Assembly (NCBI GenBank): GCA_047947115.1
Contig: CP170459.1
Coordinates: 1,184,001-1,248,000 of the forward strand
Source of the DNA: Verrucomicrobiota bacterium
Lineage (GTDB): Bacteria; Verrucomicrobiota; Verrucomicrobiia; Limisphaerales; AAA164-E04
DNA length: 64,000 bases
Direction: 5' to 3'
Shown: positions 58,720-64,000 of the stretch, piece by piece
Numbering within the stretch: position 1 is the stretch's first letter
Layout: each line of letters opens with the position of its first letter
Made by a program: the position numbers and the translations under genes
Notes under the pieces: generated by a model
Told to the model about the DNA's origin: nothing
The model's input: only the letters and a program-made list of their open reading frames with translations
The model's database searches: none

Positions 58720-60045
58720 TCAGATGAATTCGTTGATCAAATTCTCGAGGTATTCCTGACGGCCACTTTCATTTTTGGCAATGCGACTCTTCTTGAGGAT
58801 GTATTTTTCCAGATCCTTGAAACTGGATTTGCCGGCTTCGATGGTTGCGCCGATGCCGGAATCCCATGAGCTGTAGCGATTCTCCACAAAATCATTTAAA
58901 CGACCGTCGGCCCGGATGGCCGCGGCAATCTTCAAGCCGCGGGCAAAGGCATCCATGCCGCCGATGTGGGCATGAAAGAGATCGACCGGTTCGAAGCTTT
59001 CACGACGAACTTTGGCGTCAAAATTCACACCACCAGGAGCCAGTCCGCCATTATTCAGGATGGAGAGCATGCATTGGGTGGTCAGGTAGATGTCGGTCGG
59101 GAATTGATCCGTATCCCAACCCAGCATGACGTCACCGGTGTTGGCGTCGATGCTTCCCAGAGCACCTGATGCCACTGCGACTTCCATTTCATGCTGCATG
59201 GTGTGTCCGGCCAAGGTGGCATGATTGGTTTCAAGATTTAACTTAAAGTGATCCAACAGGTTGTACTGACGCAGGAAATTCAGACACGCTGCGGCGTCCG
59301 AATCATACTGATGCTTGGTGGGTTCTTTTGGTTTGGGTTCGATATAGAACTGCCCCTTGAATCCTATCTTCTTTTTATGGTCGACCGCCATTTGGAGGAA
59401 TGCGGCCAGGTGGTCCATTTCACGCTTCAGGTTGGTATTCCAGAGAGTGGAATAACCCTCGCGACCGCCCCAGAAAGTATAACCTTCACCGCCAAGGCTT
59501 TTGGTGACTTCGATTGCTTTCTTTACCTGAGCGGCTGCGTAGGCAAACACATCGGCATTACAGCTCGTGGCAGCGCCGTGCATATAACGTGGATGAGCGA
59601 AAAGGCAGGCGGTGCCCCAGAGTAGTTTGATACCCGTGCGTTGTTGTTCTTCTTTGAGAACGGCTGCAACGGCGTCCAGGTTCTTATTGCTGGCCTTCAG
59701 GTTGTTGCCTTCGGGGGCGACGTCACGGTCATGGAAAGCGTAATAGGGTGCGCCAAGTTTTTCCATGAACTCAAACGCCACGCGTGCCCGGTTTTGTGCG
59801 TTGCTGACGGAATCTGTTCCATCATCCCAGGGGCGCAGTGCGGTCCCAACGCCGAATGGATCAGCTAAAGGGTTGCGAAAAGTATGCCAATAGACGACGG
59901 AGAAGCGCAGGTGGTCCTTCATGGACTTGCCTTCGATGATTTCGTCTTCGTTGTAGTGTTTAAAGGCTAACGGATTTTTGGATTCCGGACCTTCATAGCG
60001 GATTTTTTTGATTTTAGGAAATGCTTCCTTCGCTTTTTTAGGCAT
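58720..60045 (-). CDS. xylA: Xylose isomerase (class II)
   Basis: [40 protein letters not shown]. Confidence 0.97.
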   Translation of the reverse strand: MPKKAKEAFPKIKKIRYEGPESKNPLAFKHYNEDEIIEGKSMKDHLRFSVVYWHTFRNPLADPFGVGTALRPWDDGTDSVSNAQNRARVAFEFMEKLGAPYYAFHDRDVAPEGNNLKASNKNLDAVAAVLKEEQQRTGIKLLWGTACLFAHPRYMHGAATSCNADVFAYAAAQVKKAIEVTKSLGGEGYTFWGGREGYSTLWNTNLKREMDHLAAFLQMAVDHKKKIGFKGQFYIEPKPKEPTKHQYDSDAAACLNFLRQYNLLDHFKLNLETNHATLAGHTMQHEMEVAVASGALGSIDANTGDVMLGWDTDQFPTDIYLTTQCMLSILNNGGLAPGGVNFDAKVRRESFEPVDLFHAHIGGMDAFARGLKIAAAIRADGRLNDFVENRYSSWDSGIGATIEAGKSSFKDLEKYILKKSRIAKNESGRQEYLENLINEFI

Positions 60046-60064
60046 ACGATCTTATTGGTTATGA

Positions 60065-60084
60065 AGTGATTACGTTTAATCACT
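60065..60084. promoter_or_regulatory. Palindromic operator candidate upstream of xylA
   Basis: AGTGATTA-cgtt-TAATCACT, downstream of a minus-strand TTGACA at 60137-60142. Confidence 0.5.
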
Positions 60085-60238
60085 AACGCTTTGATTCAAG
60101 CAGTGAAAGCACGCAATGATACCGATTTCGATTTTTTGTCAAGGATTAACTTAGGGTGAGGAGGGGTGAGTGGCAGCTGTTTTTGTGTAAAAAGTTAGGA
60201 CTGACCCCCAATTGTTTGAACGTTTCTGCACGTTTCTC

Positions 60239-60266
60239 TTGCCAAACGATGGTCTCTTAATAGAGT
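60239..60266 (+). promoter_or_regulatory. Sigma70-like promoter for yajC-secDF
   Basis: TTGCCA-N16-TAGAGT. Confidence 0.45.
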
Positions 60267-60279
60267 ATCCGGCTCATTT

Positions 60280-60645
60280 GTGACGATTTTGATGAGTTTC
60301 TTGGATACTATGACATGGTTGGTGGCGGCTCAGACCGCGACGGGAACTGGACAGCAGGCAGGGCCATCGGGCCCCGTCTGGGTGCAGTTTGTTCCCTTCA
60401 TCTTTTTATTTCTGATCATGTATGTGCTGCTGATCCGTCCGCAGCAGAAGAAGGCCCGTGAGCATGACGAGCTTTTGAAACAGCTCAAAATTGGCGACAA
60501 GGTGGCGACCAACAGTGGCATCATTGGTGTCATCGTTGGGATGAAAGACAACAAGGTCTCCGTTCGGTCGGCGGATACGAAGCTTGAAATGCTCAAGGGA
60601 GCCATCAGTGAGGTTTTGGCGGAAAAATCGAATTCAGATACTTAA
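60280..60645 (+). CDS. yajC: Preprotein translocase subunit YajC
   Basis: YVLLIRPQQKK, LKIGDKVATNSGIIG; upstream of secDF. Confidence 0.95.
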   Translation: MTILMSFLDTMTWLVAAQTATGTGQQAGPSGPVWVQFVPFIFLFLIMYVLLIRPQQKKAREHDELLKQLKIGDKVATNSGIIGVIVGMKDNKVSVRSADTKLEMLKGAISEVLAEKSNSDT

Positions 60646-60676
60646 AGAAGAAACACTTCTCGATACTTTAAACTAA

Positions 60677-63196
60677 ATGAAACCCGGATATTATTGGAAA
60701 TGGTTGCTGGTCATCTTTCTGGCAGCCTGGGCATTCTCTGAAATCACTCCACCCACGAACAAGCCCTTGATCGATCTATTCGAGCAGGACGCCACCGTGA
60801 CGGATGAGAATCGGACTTTGCTCGAAACAGTCGTTGCCGAAGCCCGCAGGCTGGAAGAGGCGAACCCTGGTCGTACCTATGCCAACTTGTTTGACGCGAT
60901 CGGCACCAACGATATTACCGGATTGTTTCCGGGAATCAACATCGCGACCGATGAAGCTCAACCAGTGAAAGTGGTGCTGAACGAGCTGCAGCATCGTGCC
61001 GCAGGTAAAATCCGTCTGGGTCTCGATTTGCAGGGTGGTGTTTCGTTCACCGTCGCAATGGAAACCAATGCGCTTGCCGCCGATCGTAACAAGGATGTTG
61101 CGCTGGAGCAGGCTGTTGAGGTGCTCCGCAGCCGTGTGGACAAGTTCGGTGTGGCCGAGCCGGTGCTCCAGACGCGTGGCGAAAACGAGATTGAAATCGA
61201 GATGCCCGGCTTGTCTGAACTCGATTATCAGTCCGTTCGCGATATCCTGACGCGGCCCGCTTTCCTCGAATTCCGCATGGTTCACCCACAGAGCTCCGAG
61301 TTGTTGGCACGTGGTTTTCCTGTTCCCGGGTACGAAATCCTCACCGAAAGAAGAAAAGGTGAAAATCAGGGCGAGCCTGATCAACTGATCGACTACCTTG
61401 TAAAGATCAAACCTGAACAAGGTCTTTCCGGCAAGCATGTCGAGTCTGCAGGTGTTTACCCGAATTCACTCACTGGTGAACCTGAAATTGATTTCACACT
61501 CACTTCTGAGGGTGCCAGCTTGTTTGCAGACATCACCCGCCAAAACGTCGGACGACAGTTGGCCATCGTTCTGGATGGTGAACTCAAGTCGGCTCCAGTC
61601 ATTCGTGGCCCGATCGAACAGGGACGTGGTCAGATCACCGGCGATTACGAAATGCGAGAAGCATTTGAGCTGGCGAATGTCCTCGAGAATCCTCTCGAAG
61701 CACCCGTCAAGATTGTGGAAGAAAACTCCACCGGTCCCACTCTCGGACATGATTCCATCAGCAAGGGGCTGCGCGCTTCTGTGATCGGCTTGGCTGCTGT
61801 TGTGGTATTCATGCTCGTTTATTACATGATGGCGGGTATGATCGCCAATTTCGCCCTGCTACTCAACATACTCCTCCTGCTGGGTGTCCTTTGCATGATG
61901 GGGGCAACGCTGACTTTGCCGGGTATCGCCGGTATCGTGCTGACCGTCGGTATGGCGGTGGATGCAAATGTGCTGATCTTTGAACGTATTCGTGAAGAAA
62001 TGGATCTGAAGAAATCCATCAAAGGGGCCATCGAATCCGGTTATTCGAAAGCTTTCTCCACGATTTTTGATGCCAACGTGACCACGTTGATTGCGTCGAT
62101 CATCCTGATCAACATGGGTAAAGGCCCGGTTAAAGGTTTCGGTGTAACACTGACGATTGGTATCATTGCCAGTATGTTCACCGCTCTGTTCGTGACACGA
62201 CTGATCTTTGAAGGAGCCTTGGCCAAGGGGATGTTGAAAAACGTCAACATGCTCAAGATTGCCTTCCTGCACAACAATCAGTTTGACTTCATGCGGCTCT
62301 GGAAACAGTGGTTCGGCATTTCATGGATCATCATCATTATCGGGGTTGGCGCAGGTCTCGTAAGAGGTGGCGGTGTCTTTGGTGTGGATTTTTCCGGTGG
62401 TGACAGTATGACCTATCGGTTTGAGCAGAAGGTGGCCGTCGAGGAGGTTCGCACCGCAGTGGCTGACCTGGACATCGGCGACACACAGATCGCCTATCAA
62501 CGGGATTATGCCGATGGAAGTGAAACGCTGGATTTGACAGTTCCATTCGATGTGGGTGAGAAGGTGACCACCATGTTGAAGCAGAAATTTCCCGAAGCCG
62601 GGTTTGTATTGGAAAAAACCAGTCGAGTCAGCGGTTCAGTGGGGGCGGCGATCACGCAGTCTGCCATTGTTTCCCTCGCACTGGCCTTGTTCGGGATTCT
62701 CTTCTATGTCGCATTGAGATATGAATTCTCTTTCGCCATCGGTGCGGTTATCGCTGTCATTCACGACGTGTTGATGACGCTTGGCTTGTTCTTCCTGAGT
62801 GGAAGGGAACTCAATGCTCCCATGGTGGCGGCTATCCTGACGATCATCGGTTTCTCCATCAATGATACCATCGTCATCTTTGATCGTATCCGGGAAGACC
62901 TGAAACTTGGTGTGAAGGGATCCTTCAAGGACGTCATGAACAAGGCCATCAACGAAACCCTGAGTCGAACCGTCATCACTTCCGGCACGACACTTATTGC
63001 GGCTTTGTCACTGTTCATCTTTGGTGGATCGGTGATCAATGATTTCGCATTTACCTTTGTGGTGGGGGTCATAACCGGAACCTATTCCAGTATTTACATC
63101 GCCGCTTCGGTGGTCTTGTGGTATACGAAGGGCCAGAAACCCAAGTTGATGACCACCGATGTTCCGGAAGAATTTGCTGCTCCTGCAGATGCTTAA
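60677..63196 (+). CDS. secDF: Fused protein translocase subunit SecDF
   Basis: LGLDLQGG, GMAVDANVLIFERIREE, GVDFSGG, GFSINDTIVIFDRIRE. Confidence 0.96.
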   Translation: MKPGYYWKWLLVIFLAAWAFSEITPPTNKPLIDLFEQDATVTDENRTLLETVVAEARRLEEANPGRTYANLFDAIGTNDITGLFPGINIATDEAQPVKVVLNELQHRAAGKIRLGLDLQGGVSFTVAMETNALAADRNKDVALEQAVEVLRSRVDKFGVAEPVLQTRGENEIEIEMPGLSELDYQSVRDILTRPAFLEFRMVHPQSSELLARGFPVPGYEILTERRKGENQGEPDQLIDYLVKIKPEQGLSGKHVESAGVYPNSLTGEPEIDFTLTSEGASLFADITRQNVGRQLAIVLDGELKSAPVIRGPIEQGRGQITGDYEMREAFELANVLENPLEAPVKIVEENSTGPTLGHDSISKGLRASVIGLAAVVVFMLVYYMMAGMIANFALLLNILLLLGVLCMMGATLTLPGIAGIVLTVGMAVDANVLIFERIREEMDLKKSIKGAIESGYSKAFSTIFDANVTTLIASIILINMGKGPVKGFGVTLTIGIIASMFTALFVTRLIFEGALAKGMLKNVNMLKIAFLHNNQFDFMRLWKQWFGISWIIIIIGVGAGLVRGGGVFGVDFSGGDSMTYRFEQKVAVEEVRTAVADLDIGDTQIAYQRDYADGSETLDLTVPFDVGEKVTTMLKQKFPEAGFVLEKTSRVSGSVGAAITQSAIVSLALALFGILFYVALRYEFSFAIGAVIAVIHDVLMTLGLFFLSGRELNAPMVAAILTIIGFSINDTIVIFDRIREDLKLGVKGSFKDVMNKAINETLSRTVITSGTTLIAALSLFIFGGSVINDFAFTFVVGVITGTYSSIYIAASVVLWYTKGQKPKLMTTDVPEEFAAPADA

Positions 63197-63214
63197 GGGT
63201 ACCGAACGCATGTA

Positions 63215-64000
63215 ATGCTTGCTGTAGAAGCCATTCAGTCCTGGCATTGGGCCGGATTCATTATTGGCATCTGCTTTTTCCTGGCTCTGGATCTGGGCTT
63301 GCTGCACCGAGAAGCGCGTGAGATCCGCATGCGCGAAGCGGTTGCGTGGACGATTTGCTGGTTCATTCTTGCAATGATGTTCGCGGCAGGACTGCTGCGT
63401 CTCTACGGGTCCCAGGCGGCTGGTGAATTTGTAACGGGATATATCGTCGAGCTGGCGCTCTCCATGGACAATGTCTTTGTGATCGCCATGATTTTCACCT
63501 TTTTCGGTGTCCCGAGCCGCCTTCAGCATCGTGTGTTGTTCTGGGGGATTCTGGGTGCCATGGTCATGCGGGGCTTAATGATCTGGCTGGGAGTGGAATT
63601 GGTAAACCGCTTTCATTGGATCCTATACATGCTCGGCGCGTTTCTCATTTTCACGGGCATCAAAATGGCTGTGGGCGGGGAAGAGGAGGTGCACCCGGAA
63701 CGTAATCCCTTCATCAAATTGGCGCGAAAATTCTTTCCGGTGACCAACTACTACGACGGTCAGCATTTTACGACGAAGAAACCCGGGTATTTCGCTCTGA
63801 CACCGCTGGCGCTGGTGTTGATGATGGTGGAAACGACCGATCTGATTTTTGCGGTGGACTCCATTCCCGCTATTTTCGGAGTGACGCGTAATCCGTTCAT
63901 CATTTTTACATCCAATGTGTTCGCTATCCTGGGGCTTCGCTCACTGTATTTTCTGCTGGCCGGAGCCATGGCCTATTTTGAGTATCTTAAGTTCGGGCTC
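63215..64000 (+). CDS. TerC/Alx-family membrane protein (3' end outside window)
   Basis: LALDLG, ELALSMDNVFV, QHRVLFWGILGA, ETTDLIFAVDSIPA, TSNVFAILGLRSLYF. Confidence 0.93.
   Translation, partial: MLAVEAIQSWHWAGFIIGICFFLALDLGLLHREAREIRMREAVAWTICWFILAMMFAAGLLRLYGSQAAGEFVTGYIVELALSMDNVFVIAMIFTFFGVPSRLQHRVLFWGILGAMVMRGLMIWLGVELVNRFHWILYMLGAFLIFTGIKMAVGGEEEVHPERNPFIKLARKFFPVTNYYDGQHFTTKKPGYFALTPLALVLMMVETTDLIFAVDSIPAIFGVTRNPFIIFTSNVFAILGLRSLYFLLAGAMAYFEYLKFGL

Overview
Bacterial chromosomal segment whose gene content points to the PVC superphylum, probably Verrucomicrobiota (inference from two PSCyt/DUF1549/DUF1553 + DUF1501 pairs, a prepilin/H-X9-DG protein, CotH proteins and PQQ-propellers). 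From left to right: (1) a 7-gene operon of three SPFH (HflK/HflC/HflK-like) genes, a His-rich P1B heavy-metal ATPase with non-canonical metal ligands, an ABC exporter and a membrane-anchored unknown; (2) a partial ebo cluster ending at an IS630 relic; (3) secreted proteins and the DUF1553/DUF1501 pairs; (4) a YtrA-type GntR/ABC operon hit by an IS1182-like element, a MazF-type TA pair, an IS4 element and an orphan MqsA; (5) an AT-richer accessory island (~36.4-47 kb) with an ISL3, a sigma54 promoter, and a ~1,900-aa signal-peptide/C39-peptidase/Rhs polymorphic toxin split by a 1-nt frameshift, followed by a putative immunity gene, a GC-rich switch-like structure, an XRE gene and IS3/Tn3 relics; (6) housekeeping genes (HI0933 flavoprotein, degenerate RluA, Na+-decarboxylase subunits, xylA, yajC, secDF, terC). 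Several REP/REPIN-like intergenic repeat families are present. I saw no rRNA, tRNA or CRISPR array. The best candidates for novel systems are the C39-Rhs toxin locus and the SPFH/P1B-ATPase/ABC operon. All assignments come from motif recognition only; no searches were run.
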